Part shown: positions 31,780 to 40,902 of the stretch, in pieces
How positions within the stretch are numbered: position 1 is the stretch's first letter
How the letters are laid out: the number at the start of each line of letters is the position of its first letter
Position numbers and translations under genes: made by a program
The notes under the pieces: generated by a model
What the model was told of the DNA's origin: nothing
The model's input: only the letters and a program-made list of their open reading frames with translations
Databases searched by the model: none
Source: Anaerolineae bacterium
GTDB lineage: Bacteria; Chloroflexota; Anaerolineae; B4-G1; DUEL01
Direction: 5' to 3'
Length of the DNA: 64,000 bases
NCBI GenBank assembly: GCA_041082215.1
Contig: JBDOIF010000171.1
Location: 1 to 64,000, forward strand

Positions 31780-34700
31780 TCAGGGTTTCAACATCTGCAA
31801 CCGGGCGAAGTCGTCCGGCCCCAGCTCCTCCGGCGGCTGCTGAGAGGGCGGATAAGCGGAGAGCATCTCCTCCTGGGTCGGCGCCCCGTCGGCAGGCCAG
31901 GCCAGGTCGAAGATGCGCGGGTAGTTGGTCCCTTGCGGCCGGCCGCCCGCCTGCCACTGGGAAGCCTCCGGCTCGATCTCCCGCAGGCTGTACGGGCCGT
32001 ATCCGTCGTGGCTCAAAAGCAGCGCCAGGTACTGCCAGGCCGCCGGATCATCCCCCACCACCGACCGGGGGACCTTCACCGTCACCTTCCGCTGGCCGGG
32101 GTCGGGCAGAACCAGAATCTGGGTCGAGACCTCCTCCGGCTCCCCGTCCGCACCCGCACGGTACAGTTTGGGGGTCCAGCCGTTGATCCACACCGCCCAA
32201 TCCCAGCCGTACCCGGCGGCGAGGGCGGCATTGCGGCCCGGCAGGAGCAGCCGCGCGCCGTTCTCAGGCCCGTCCTGGTCAATGTAGACATCGAAGGCCT
32301 GGAGGGAGAGGCCGGTAGGGGAGCCCCAGGAATTATCCACCGGCCCGCGCACGGTGAACTTGAAGACGATGCTCTGCTCGTCATAGCCCACACTGAAGCC
32401 GGTCAGGTCGAAGACGCCGGCGCGGAAGACGGAATCAGTGGGATAGGAATAGGGGCCGGGGCCGTGGTCGTCCCCCTCCGGGTCGGCCACTTCCAGGACG
32501 ATAGTCGTCCGGCCCAGGTCGGGCACCACCAACTGCGCAGGCCCCCCTTCGGGCAGGAGCACCACGTCGCTGGCCGCCCCGGCCGCGCCCTGGCTGAAGA
32601 CCAGGCGCAGGCTCAGCCGGTCGCCGGTGTCCAGCCGGGTGCCCGTGCCGGCCGCCTGTGGGGCGAGGATCGCCTGCGGCAGGGCGACCTCCAGCGTCGT
32701 GCCGGAGATCGCGGCCTCCCCTGCTTCCTGCGGCTCCACCCAGCCGCCCGCGCCGTCAGCCCGGTAGAGCGCCATACCCTCCAGGGTAGCGCCGGCGGAA
32801 TAGACCAGCTCCAGCAGGTGGGTGGCGCCGAAACCCAGCACCGTCTGCGCACCGCCCCAGCGGGAGAACGGGTTGCTCTCCTGCGCTCCCGGAACGGCCA
32901 GATAGAAGCCGACGGTCGTGCGGGCGTCGGGGGCGCTGGCGGTGGTCAGCGCAGCCCAGTCGTAACGCGCGTCCAGGCGCAGGTAGAGATTCTGCGCGTC
33001 GAAGCCGTAGGCCATGCCGGTGAAGACCTCGTTCTCCTCCGCCGCCTGGTAGAGGCCGCCGGCATCCCATTCCCCAGCGGCGACCACGCCGTCTATCGCT
33101 GGGGAGATCAGGCCGGTGGCTGGCTGGGTGGGCGGCTGAGCCCGCTGGGGGATGACCGGCACGTCCAGGAAGGCGGGCACCTCCTCCCCCAGCAGCCGAC
33201 AGACCGCTTTGAGCGTCTCGCGGAACTGAAGGTCGAAGGTCTCGTCCTGCCCCGAATCCTGGTCCGCCCCGTACCACCAGAACCAGTCCGACCCCTCGGC
33301 AATGTACATCATCTCCCGGGCCGCCTGTAGCCGCTCGGGGTCGGCCTCCTTGTAGCCGGCCTCGTACTTGAAGAGAATATCCCGCACCTGATAGAGGTAC
33401 TCCCAGGCCCGGTTCTCCTCCTCCTCGCCGATCCAGGTAGAGAAGGTGCCATCCACCCAGGAGCCAGCCCACAGCTCCTCGATGACGGCCTCCGGCGGGA
33501 ACCGGTCCAGGTACTCGGAGGGGGTCACGGTGACGATGGTGGGGTCCTCCGAGAGGAGCCGATAGAGCGTGTGGAGGAACTCTTTGCCGTCGTTCTCGTA
33601 GTACTCCCAGGCGTTCTCCCCGTCCAGGATGACGGTAATCAGGTGGGGGCCTCCGGCCCCCTGCTCCCGGATCCGGTCGTGGGCCGCGTGGACCCGATCC
33701 ACGAAGTCCTGTGCTGCCTCCTCGCCGTCCATCCCGGAGTAGGTGAAGGAGACCTTATCGGAGAGGGTATGATCGCGGAAGATGATGGCGACGGGGGGAG
33801 CTTCCATCCCGCCGGTCTCCTGGACCCGATAGGGGCGATACAGCAGGTCGGCCTCCTGCACCACATCGCGGCTGTCGCGGGTGAAGGAATCCATCCCCAG
33901 GGAGCGGGCAAGGACCAGCTCGTCGGAGGCCATCCAGCGGAGGCCGGCCCGCCCCACCAGACCGACCATCAACTGGGCCACCGACCCCTCGGCGGGCCAC
34001 ATCCCACGGGGATCGGCGCCGAAGTGGTCCCGGTAGTACCGAACCCCCAGTTCCACCTGGGCGAGGGCGTCTTTGCCGAAGCGGAAGGCAGGGGCGGGGA
34101 GTTCCACGTCGGGCATCGCCTGGGTTGCCAGGGAGGAGTCAATCAGCAGGGGAAGGATGGGGTGGGCGAAGGGGGTCATCGTCACCTCGATCTGGCCGCT
34201 CTCCTGCATTCGCCGGTGGAGGGGGATGACCTCTTTGAGGATGCGAAGGTGCTCGTTGAGGACCGTAAGTTTATCCTCCTCGGTGAAATCCCGTCCTTTA
34301 GCGACCAGCGAGGCCAGCGGCTCCTGAGCCAGGAAGTCCGGGTCGGTCCAGCCCAGGTTGAACAGCACCTGCAGGTCGCGGTAGTCCTGGGGGGTCCAGA
34401 CCTCCATCGCCTGCCGGATGTCGGCATCGCTGGCGCCGGGCCGCATCGCCCGCAGTTCCACGTAGCGGGGGAATCGCTCGATGATCCTGGAATTGATGTC
34501 GAAGAAATAGCGGAGGATAAACCACTTCTGGTCGTCGGTCAGTTGGTCCGCCGGGACCATAGTCATCTCCCAGTACCGGTCGGTCGCCCCGGCAGCGAAG
34601 TCGTCCAACTGGCGGATGAGGCTGGGGGTGAGGTTGAAGGTAACGTGGACGTTGGGGTATTCCTGGAGGATAGCGGCCATGTCGTAGTAGTCCTTGGCCG

Positions 34701-34953
34701 CATGGACCCGCACCCACGGCTTGGCGTAGACCCCCGTCTCAGGGTCCCTGTAGTAGACCGGCTGGTGCTGGTGCCAGATGATGGCGAGGTAAACGACGTC
34801 CTCGGGGGAGGGGACAGGTGTGGAGGGGGGCGCGGTGGTAGGGGTAGGCGGCGCTACCGTGGGAGTAGGGGTGGGTCGGCAGGCAGCCAGAACCACCAGG
34901 ATCAGCAAAAACGATCCCAACCATTTCACCCCTGCACGGTATGTTCTTTTCAT
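31780..34953 (-). CDS. GH57 amylopullulanase lipoprotein with C-terminal glucodextranase/DOMON-like domain
   Basis: Lipobox LAAC, PT linker, WHQHQP, HPILPLL, WPAEGS (nucleophile), LDGENAWE (acid/base), AEGSDWFWW; DPEGDDHGPG...FDL. Confidence 0.9.
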   Translation of the reverse strand: MKRTYRAGVKWLGSFLLILVVLAACRPTPTPTVAPPTPTTAPPSTPVPSPEDVVYLAIIWHQHQPVYYRDPETGVYAKPWVRVHAAKDYYDMAAILQEYPNVHVTFNLTPSLIRQLDDFAAGATDRYWEMTMVPADQLTDDQKWFILRYFFDINSRIIERFPRYVELRAMRPGASDADIRQAMEVWTPQDYRDLQVLFNLGWTDPDFLAQEPLASLVAKGRDFTEEDKLTVLNEHLRILKEVIPLHRRMQESGQIEVTMTPFAHPILPLLIDSSLATQAMPDVELPAPAFRFGKDALAQVELGVRYYRDHFGADPRGMWPAEGSVAQLMVGLVGRAGLRWMASDELVLARSLGMDSFTRDSRDVVQEADLLYRPYRVQETGGMEAPPVAIIFRDHTLSDKVSFTYSGMDGEEAAQDFVDRVHAAHDRIREQGAGGPHLITVILDGENAWEYYENDGKEFLHTLYRLLSEDPTIVTVTPSEYLDRFPPEAVIEELWAGSWVDGTFSTWIGEEEENRAWEYLYQVRDILFKYEAGYKEADPERLQAAREMMYIAEGSDWFWWYGADQDSGQDETFDLQFRETLKAVCRLLGEEVPAFLDVPVIPQRAQPPTQPATGLISPAIDGVVAAGEWDAGGLYQAAEENEVFTGMAYGFDAQNLYLRLDARYDWAALTTASAPDARTTVGFYLAVPGAQESNPFSRWGGAQTVLGFGATHLLELVYSAGATLEGMALYRADGAGGWVEPQEAGEAAISGTTLEVALPQAILAPQAAGTGTRLDTGDRLSLRLVFSQGAAGAASDVVLLPEGGPAQLVVPDLGRTTIVLEVADPEGDDHGPGPYSYPTDSVFRAGVFDLTGFSVGYDEQSIVFKFTVRGPVDNSWGSPTGLSLQAFDVYIDQDGPENGARLLLPGRNAALAAGYGWDWAVWINGWTPKLYRAGADGEPEEVSTQILVLPDPGQRKVTVKVPRSVVGDDPAAWQYLALLLSHDGYGPYSLREIEPEASQWQAGGRPQGTNYPRIFDLAWPADGAPTQEEMLSAYPPSQQPPEELGPDDFARLQMLKP

Positions 34954-34988
34954 CCTCATCCTCCAATCGTTGCGGCTTAACGGATCCG

Positions 34989-35618
34989 TCACTTCGCCCA
35001 CAGCCCACCTGTTTCGGCCAGCCAATCCGCGATTCGGTCCGCTGCGCCAGCGACGTCGTTGTCGGATATATCCAGCTCCAGCGTCGGCAGTATGGACCGG
35101 GCGACCAGACCGCGCATCCGTTCCTGCTCGTCAATGAATACCTGCAGGTCGTCGTACTGGGCCGGGTTACCGGAGACCCTGATCCGCTCCGCGCGGGCCG
35201 CCGCAAACGATTCGGGCCTGCGCGTGCAGAACACCAGGTGGAAGCCCAGAACGGCCAGCCTCTCTTCCAGCCAGCGGAAATCGTAGTCCTTGCCGTAGGT
35301 CTGGAGCTGATAGGTCTGGGTGGAGATGTGGAAGCGGTCAACGATCCACGAGTAATAGCGCAGGAGCTCGAACAGCCGGACCCAGGTCCGGTAGGTCTCC
35401 ATGGCGAGGGCTTCTTCCTGCGGCTCGAAGTTGATCAGGCCCCGTCCCCATGGAAAGTTGGTAAAACCGCACCATTCCGCGGAGATGAGGGGGGAATGGT
35501 AGCGGTACTTCCGCGGACCGACGATGCGGGGATGCTCGTTCAGCGCGAAGGCGATCTCCGTCTTCAGCGTCAGCCGTGTACCCTCCAGGATGATCTTGGG
35601 ACAGAGCTTAGAGGACAT
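34989..35618 (-). CDS. Hypothetical protein with NMP-kinase-like fold and degenerate P-loop
   Basis: IILEGTRLTLKT and WIVDRFHIS resemble the thymidylate-kinase P-loop and DR motifs. Confidence 0.6.
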   Translation of the reverse strand: MSSKLCPKIILEGTRLTLKTEIAFALNEHPRIVGPRKYRYHSPLISAEWCGFTNFPWGRGLINFEPQEEALAMETYRTWVRLFELLRYYSWIVDRFHISTQTYQLQTYGKDYDFRWLEERLAVLGFHLVFCTRRPESFAAARAERIRVSGNPAQYDDLQVFIDEQERMRGLVARSILPTLELDISDNDVAGAADRIADWLAETGGLWAK

Positions 35619-35628
35619 CGCGGCCCGA

Positions 35629-36591
35629 TCACCCCTTCACCGCCCCCATCGCCAGCCCCGAGACGATGTACCGCTGGAGCAGGTAGAAGAGGATCAGGAT
35701 GGGAATGGACATCACGATGGAGAAGGCGGAGAAAATGGACCACGGGGTGGCATACTGGCCACGCATGGACTGGAGGGCCATCGCCAGGGTGAAGCGGTTG
35801 GGGTCGCTGAGGAAGAGCCAGGCCATCAGGAACTCGGTCCATCCGCTCATGAAGGCAAACAGGATGGTGATCGCCAGGGCCGGGGCGGAGAGGGGGATCA
35901 TGATGCGGATGAAAGCCTGCAGGGGGCCGGCGCCGTCAATCAGGGCCGCCTCCTCCAGGTCCTTGGGCACGGTGTCGAAATACCCTTTCAGGTTCCAGAT
36001 AGCGAAGGGGAGGGTGCCGGAGGCGTAGGCGATGGCCAGGCCCAGGAGGGTCGCGCGGAGGCTCTCCTGGCCGATCTTGACCGCGCTGAGGATCACGTAG
36101 AGGGGGGTGATCGTCGCCACGCCGGGGAGCATCAGGAGGACGATGAAGCCCAGCATCCCCACCTGCCGGCCGATAAACCGGAAGCGGGAGAAGGCATAAG
36201 CCGCCGACGACCCCATTACCACCGAGAAGACCGCCGTGCCCAGCGAGACCTTGATACTGTTCCACATCAGCCGGGCAAAGGTCATGCAGGTGGAAACGTC
36301 GCTGGGGTCCTTACAGAGCAGCCGGTACGGCTCGAAGAGGACCGTCCTGAAGGACCGGAAGGAGGCCCCCGGCGGGAAGAGGGTCAGCTCCAGCGGCTTG
36401 TCAATGTTGCGGGGATCGAGGGCCATCGAGAAAATCCACAGGACCGGGAAGAGGACGGTCACCAGAACGGTGAAGAGGAATAGCTGGATGAGCAGTTGCT
36501 TCAGGACCTCCCGTACCTTCCGCCTGGGTCCCCAGGTCTCCCAGTCGTACACCATCTCGCCGAAGAACCAGCGCAGCACTTTACGCCACAT
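35629..36591 (-). CDS. Carbohydrate ABC transporter permease (MalG-like)
   Basis: EAA motif VPKDLEEAALIDGA; AAYAFSRFRF. Confidence 0.93.
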   Translation of the reverse strand: MWRKVLRWFFGEMVYDWETWGPRRKVREVLKQLLIQLFLFTVLVTVLFPVLWIFSMALDPRNIDKPLELTLFPPGASFRSFRTVLFEPYRLLCKDPSDVSTCMTFARLMWNSIKVSLGTAVFSVVMGSSAAYAFSRFRFIGRQVGMLGFIVLLMLPGVATITPLYVILSAVKIGQESLRATLLGLAIAYASGTLPFAIWNLKGYFDTVPKDLEEAALIDGAGPLQAFIRIMIPLSAPALAITILFAFMSGWTEFLMAWLFLSDPNRFTLAMALQSMRGQYATPWSIFSAFSIVMSIPILILFYLLQRYIVSGLAMGAVKG

Positions 36592-37621
36592 CGTACGCCT
36601 CCGTAGCGCGGGTGACCCGGTTGTTGATCAGGGTGAAGATGAGCAGGATGAAGAAGACCACGATACTGAAGGCCGAGGCGATCCCGTACAACCGGTGCTG
36701 AAGGACCAGTTTATATGCCTGGGTCACCAGAATCTCCGTCCGTCCCAGCGGCCCGCCCTCGGTAATGAAGTAGATGACGTTGAACTGGTTGAAGGTCCAG
36801 ATCGAGCCCAGCATAATGGCCGGGACCATTGCCGGGCGCAGGAGGGGGACGGTGATGCGCCAGAATTTCTGCCAGGCCGACGCGCCGTCCACCTCCGCCG
36901 CCTCGTACAGCTCGGCGGGGATGGCCTGGAGCGCGCCGGTGGCGACGACGCTCATAAATGGCCACCCCAGCCAGATGTTGGCCACCAGAGCACAGTAAAA
37001 GGCCAGCGGGAGGAAACTGAGCAGCCCGCCGATGGGAGGGATGGCCTGAATCAGCCACTTGATGCCAGTGGGAAGGTTCAGTCCCAGAAGTTCGTTGAGC
37101 TTTGCCAGGAGCAAATTAATGGCGCCAAAGCGGTCGTCATACATGTTGCGCCAGGTAACGGCGGTGATCAGGCTGGGCATCGCCCAGGGGATGACATAGA
37201 AAGCCCGGTAAACCCGGCGGCCGATGACATATCGGCTGTTCAACGCCAGGGCGATGGCAACGCCAAGAATGACATGGAAAGCAACGTTGGAGATCGTCCA
37301 CACCACATTGAACAGGAGGAGACGACCGAAGTTGTAGTTCTGAATGGGCAGGTCGCTCCTGATGATGCGCAGGAAATTGTCAAACCACACCCAGCTTGGC
37401 GCGTACTGGGACCAGGTCGAGGGGTCGAAGATGTTGAAGCGCAGGTTCTGGATCCGGAAATTGGTGAAGGCCATCCAGATCTGGTAGGCCTGGGGGATGA
37501 GGGTGATGAAGAACATAATCAACGCAGCCGGGGCAATGTACGTCCAGGCCCGGAGGCTTTCCCGCAGCCGGCGTCCCCAATCCGTCCTGGACCGTGGCGG
37601 AGAAGATACCGTCGCGGCCAT
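36581..37621 (-). CDS. Carbohydrate ABC transporter permease (MalF-like)
   Basis: IPAELYEAAEVDGA, FNQFNVIY, GGP; start ATG 37621. Confidence 0.93.
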   Translation of the reverse strand: MAATVSSPPRSRTDWGRRLRESLRAWTYIAPAALIMFFITLIPQAYQIWMAFTNFRIQNLRFNIFDPSTWSQYAPSWVWFDNFLRIIRSDLPIQNYNFGRLLLFNVVWTISNVAFHVILGVAIALALNSRYVIGRRVYRAFYVIPWAMPSLITAVTWRNMYDDRFGAINLLLAKLNELLGLNLPTGIKWLIQAIPPIGGLLSFLPLAFYCALVANIWLGWPFMSVVATGALQAIPAELYEAAEVDGASAWQKFWRITVPLLRPAMVPAIMLGSIWTFNQFNVIYFITEGGPLGRTEILVTQAYKLVLQHRLYGIASAFSIVVFFILLIFTLINNRVTRATEAYDVA

Positions 37622-37644
37622 AAGACACCCCCTGGTATTGTAGG

Positions 37645-37715
37645 GACACGGGGACACGGAGAAGGGAACCGACTGCCGGTACGCCTTCTCCGCGTCCTCC
37701 GTGTCTCCCCGTGTC
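37645..37715. repeat. Palindromic 9-nt-unit repeat (CACGGAG family)
   Basis: GACACGGGGACACGGAGAAGG ... CCTTCTCCGCGTCCTCCGTGTCTCCCCGTGTC. Confidence 0.65.
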
Positions 37716-37733
37716 TGATCCGGCTAATCCGGG

Positions 37734-39023
37734 TTACTGGCCCCGGATCTCGGCAATGCCCTGAACGATGCTGTCGTAAGCGCTCTGGAGCGCGGCGGCC
37801 GGGTCAGCCCCCTCGTCGAAGACCGACCTGAGGGCGGTGTCCATCGGCCCCCAGTAGGCCCCCATCTCGGCGATGACCGGGAAGGGCGTGCCCTGAGCGG
37901 CGAAGACGTCCAGAGTGGCCTGCATCAGCGGGTCGGTGACCTGGACGGTGGGGACCACCGGCAGGTGGGCCGCCTTGGTCGGGTCAGAGAGGAGGGCCTG
38001 GGCTTCCTCGGAGACGAAGAACTGCATGAACGCCCAGGCGATGTCCTTATCCGTACCCGTGGCGTTGGCGGAGAGATAGATGTTCTCGGTCTGAACGAAG
38101 CCGGAGAGATGGCTCTCGCCGTAGGTGGGCCAGAAGTCAATCGCCAGGTTGTCCGCACCGATCGCATCGGCCAGCGCGGAGGTGTTCCAGGTGCCGTCAA
38201 TGATGTAGCCGGCCTTCCCGGCCTTGAAGAGGTTGACGTCGTTGTCCGTGTAGTACTCGGTGGGGCCGACATCCTTGAAGGAGTTGAGCAGGTTAACCCA
38301 GCAGACCCCCGCCTCGTTGTTGAAGGCCGGGTCGCCGTTGAGCTCCATCAGCTTGCCACCGCAGGCGGTGATGTGGGCAGCGGAGAAGAAGAAGCCGTAC
38401 TCCAGATCCGCCCCCACGACATCCCCCTGGGTCGCCGCCTGGGCCGCCGCGACGAAGTCCTCCCAGGTCTCGGCCGGCTCGGGGATGATCTGCTTGTTGC
38501 GGAAGAGGACCACACCCTTCAGCGTCTGGGGCAGGCCGATGATCTTGCCGTCGCTGGTGGTGACGCCACCCCAGGCCGCCTCGACGATGCTCCCCTGCAG
38601 TTCGGGGGTGATCATGTCGGTCAGGTCGGCGATCAGGCCGGCCCGGTACATGGGCTCACCCCAGTCCGCCGCGCCGATGAGGACCGTTGGCCCACCACCG
38701 GTCGCCGCTTCGGTCTCGAACTTGTTCCGCAGGTCGTCGAAGGGGGTGTAGAGCACCTCCACCTGCACGCCGGGGTTCTGGGCCTGGAACGCGGCGATCA
38801 CATCGTTGAGGCTCGCGATCTCGGATTCCTTCCAGGCATGCCAGAGGACCAGCTTACCCTGGAGGCCAGGCACTTCGGTAGCTTCCTCGGTGGGAGCCTC
38901 GGTGGGGACCTCCGTAGGGGCCTCGGTGGGAACAGCCGTCGGGGTCGGCGACGGCTTGCACGCCGTCAGCGCCAGGGCCAGCACAGTCACGCCGGCCAGC
39001 AGAATGAGCATATACCGTTTCAT
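37734..39023 (-). CDS. Sugar (maltodextrin-type) ABC substrate-binding lipoprotein
   Basis: Lipobox LTAC, PTE repeats, LWHAW, IDGTW, EMGAYWGP; start ATG 39023 behind GAGGAGG. Confidence 0.9.
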   Translation of the reverse strand: MKRYMLILLAGVTVLALALTACKPSPTPTAVPTEAPTEVPTEAPTEEATEVPGLQGKLVLWHAWKESEIASLNDVIAAFQAQNPGVQVEVLYTPFDDLRNKFETEAATGGGPTVLIGAADWGEPMYRAGLIADLTDMITPELQGSIVEAAWGGVTTSDGKIIGLPQTLKGVVLFRNKQIIPEPAETWEDFVAAAQAATQGDVVGADLEYGFFFSAAHITACGGKLMELNGDPAFNNEAGVCWVNLLNSFKDVGPTEYYTDNDVNLFKAGKAGYIIDGTWNTSALADAIGADNLAIDFWPTYGESHLSGFVQTENIYLSANATGTDKDIAWAFMQFFVSEEAQALLSDPTKAAHLPVVPTVQVTDPLMQATLDVFAAQGTPFPVIAEMGAYWGPMDTALRSVFDEGADPAAALQSAYDSIVQGIAEIRGQ

Positions 39024-39046
39024 TGTTTTTCTCCTCCTCAAAGTAA

Positions 39047-39095
39047 ACTTGTTACTTGTTACTTGCTGCTTGCTGCTTGCTGCTTGCTGCTTACT
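39047..39095. repeat. 7-nt tandem array, 7 units
   Basis: ACTTGTT ACTTGTT ACTTGCT GCTTGCT GCTTGCT GCTTGCT GCTTACT, just upstream of the SBP RBS. Confidence 0.85.
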
Positions 39096-39133
39096 CCCTG
39101 TTTCATCCCCCCTTTCCCTGAGATAATTCGATC

Positions 39134-40618
39134 TCAACCGGTCAAACGACAGGGCCGTTCGCTGATGGCGCCGATGAATTCGGCCGTGCGTCGGGCGATT
39201 TCTTCAACAGGAATGTCGGTGGAGATGACCGCCTCAAACATCCCCTGCAACTGGCGGGAGACCTTGAAGTATTCCGGGATGGCTGGACGGGCGCGGCCCG
39301 AGGCGATCATCCGGGAGACCTGGGCCAGAAGCGGCTCAGTGTCCGCCGCAATGACGGCATTGAAGGAGGGGTTCGGCAGGCTCTGGAGCATCGTGCGATA
39401 CAGCTCGCCGATCGCGCCGGGGTCAACGGCCATCCTGAGGACATCCATCACCAGGGCAGGGCGCTGGCTCTGCCGGAGGATGACGTAGCTGGTCCCCCCA
39501 ACCGTGGAGACAGGCTGCCCGCCCGGCGCGGCCGGTGGCGCAACACAGCCGACGCTCTCCGTGAAAGAAGCTCCCCCCCAGCCGCCGATCTCCCGAAGGG
39601 TCTGCCCCTCATAACTTCCACCCAGCGCCATCGCCACCTTCCCGCTGGCGAAAAGCCGGAGGGCGGTATCCTCCCGATAGCTCACCACCTCCGGCGGAGC
39701 GGCGCGATGGACGACGACCAGCTCCCGCAGGAACCGGAGGGCGCGCCGTGTCGCCGGGCTGTCCAGCACCACACAGCCATCATCGAAGACCGTCCCGCCA
39801 GCGGACCAGATGAAGGGCATCAGGGTATAGACCGTCGCCTCGCCGCCAGCCACGCCGCCGGGAAAAGCGAGGGGGTAGGCCAGCCCGTACCGCCTCTGGA
39901 CCTCTGGCCGTGTGAAGTGACGGGCCGCCTCCGCCAGCCGATCCCAGTCGCCCGGCGGCTCCAGCCCCTCCCGGACAAACCAGTCCCTGCGGTACCACAA
40001 CAACGAGGCGTCCGCTTTGACCGGCAGGCCGTAGAGCCGCCCGTTGAAAGAGTTGGCGGCGACGAAGGCCGGATACAGGTCCCTTCCAAACGAGGCGTGA
40101 TTCCATGGAGAGCCCAGGTCCTCCAGCGGATAGAGGAATCCGGCCTGGGCCAGTCCAGGAACCCATACGCAGTCCACCATCGCCACATCGGGGGCAGTGC
40201 CGCTTCCCACCGCCGCGCTCAGCAGGTCGTAGAACCGGGCGTGGCTGACGACCTCCACTTCAAAGCCGATCGTCCGTTCCGGATGCTCTTCGTTCCATAA
40301 CCGCCCCGCGTAGTTCAGCACCTCCGACCAGTGGGCATCCGAACACATCATCCGGATGGGGGCAACGCCAGAGGGGGAAAGCTGAGGAGCGCGGACAAAG
40401 GTCCCTGCACCAGGGCGGCGGACCAGAAGCCCCTCGTGGACCAGCTCCTTCAGCGCCTGCCGCACAGGGGAACGGCTGATGCCATACGTGTGGCACAGCT
40501 CCTGCTCCGTGGGGATCCGGTCCCCCGGACGCCAGAGGCCGCTTTCGATCTGTTCCCGGATGAACGTCTTGAGCTGGTGATAGATGGGAACCGGTGAGGT
40601 ACGATCAATATGGACCAC
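39134..40618 (-). CDS. GntR-family regulator fused to a solute-binding-protein domain
   Basis: PIYHQL...PGDRIPTEQEL...SRSPVRQAL...GAGTFV, then SBP-like domain (APDV, LYGLP, FASGKVAM); no signal peptide. Confidence 0.88.
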   Translation of the reverse strand: MVHIDRTSPVPIYHQLKTFIREQIESGLWRPGDRIPTEQELCHTYGISRSPVRQALKELVHEGLLVRRPGAGTFVRAPQLSPSGVAPIRMMCSDAHWSEVLNYAGRLWNEEHPERTIGFEVEVVSHARFYDLLSAAVGSGTAPDVAMVDCVWVPGLAQAGFLYPLEDLGSPWNHASFGRDLYPAFVAANSFNGRLYGLPVKADASLLWYRRDWFVREGLEPPGDWDRLAEAARHFTRPEVQRRYGLAYPLAFPGGVAGGEATVYTLMPFIWSAGGTVFDDGCVVLDSPATRRALRFLRELVVVHRAAPPEVVSYREDTALRLFASGKVAMALGGSYEGQTLREIGGWGGASFTESVGCVAPPAAPGGQPVSTVGGTSYVILRQSQRPALVMDVLRMAVDPGAIGELYRTMLQSLPNPSFNAVIAADTEPLLAQVSRMIASGRARPAIPEYFKVSRQLQGMFEAVISTDIPVEEIARRTAEFIGAISERPCRLTG

Positions 40619-40648
40619 CGTCTTCCCCCGCCGACAGGCCGATGAGTT

Positions 40649-40694
40649 TGTTATGACATAATAATATTATACCAGAAAAATAGCCGTTTGTCAA
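40649..40694 (-). promoter_or_regulatory. Consensus promoter with candidate GntR operator
   Basis: TTGACA(40694-40689)-N17-TATAAT(40671-40666) with TG; near-palindrome TGTTATGACA at 40649-40658 at the predicted start site. Confidence 0.7.
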
Positions 40695-40807
40695 CTCCCA
40701 TCCCGGTAGAAAGTTCTACCGCTCTGTGATACAGCACCGACGCAGGACGCGAGGCGCCCACCAGCGTATAGATGATGTAAAACGCCGGGATGGGGGAGAG
40801 TTGTCAC

Positions 40808-40836
40808 TTGCATCGAAGCGGGGAGTGTGCTAACCT
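40808..40836 (+). promoter_or_regulatory. Promoter for the Ldh2-LarA operon
   Basis: TTGCAT-N17-TAACCT with TG extension. Confidence 0.45.
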
Positions 40837-40902
40837 TGCCGATAGCCGGTACTGGCCGCACGGCACAGATTGTGAGACCATCACTGATGAGGAGGTAGAG
40901 GA

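Noticed and set aside
38870..38950. Repeated PTE/PT-coding units in the SBP, GH57 and GH3 genes
   Set aside because: Common protein-level linkers of exported proteins, not DNA elements.
39047..39095. Short repeat arrays as possible CRISPR arrays
   Set aside because: Units are 7-9 nt with no unique spacers, and there are no cas genes.
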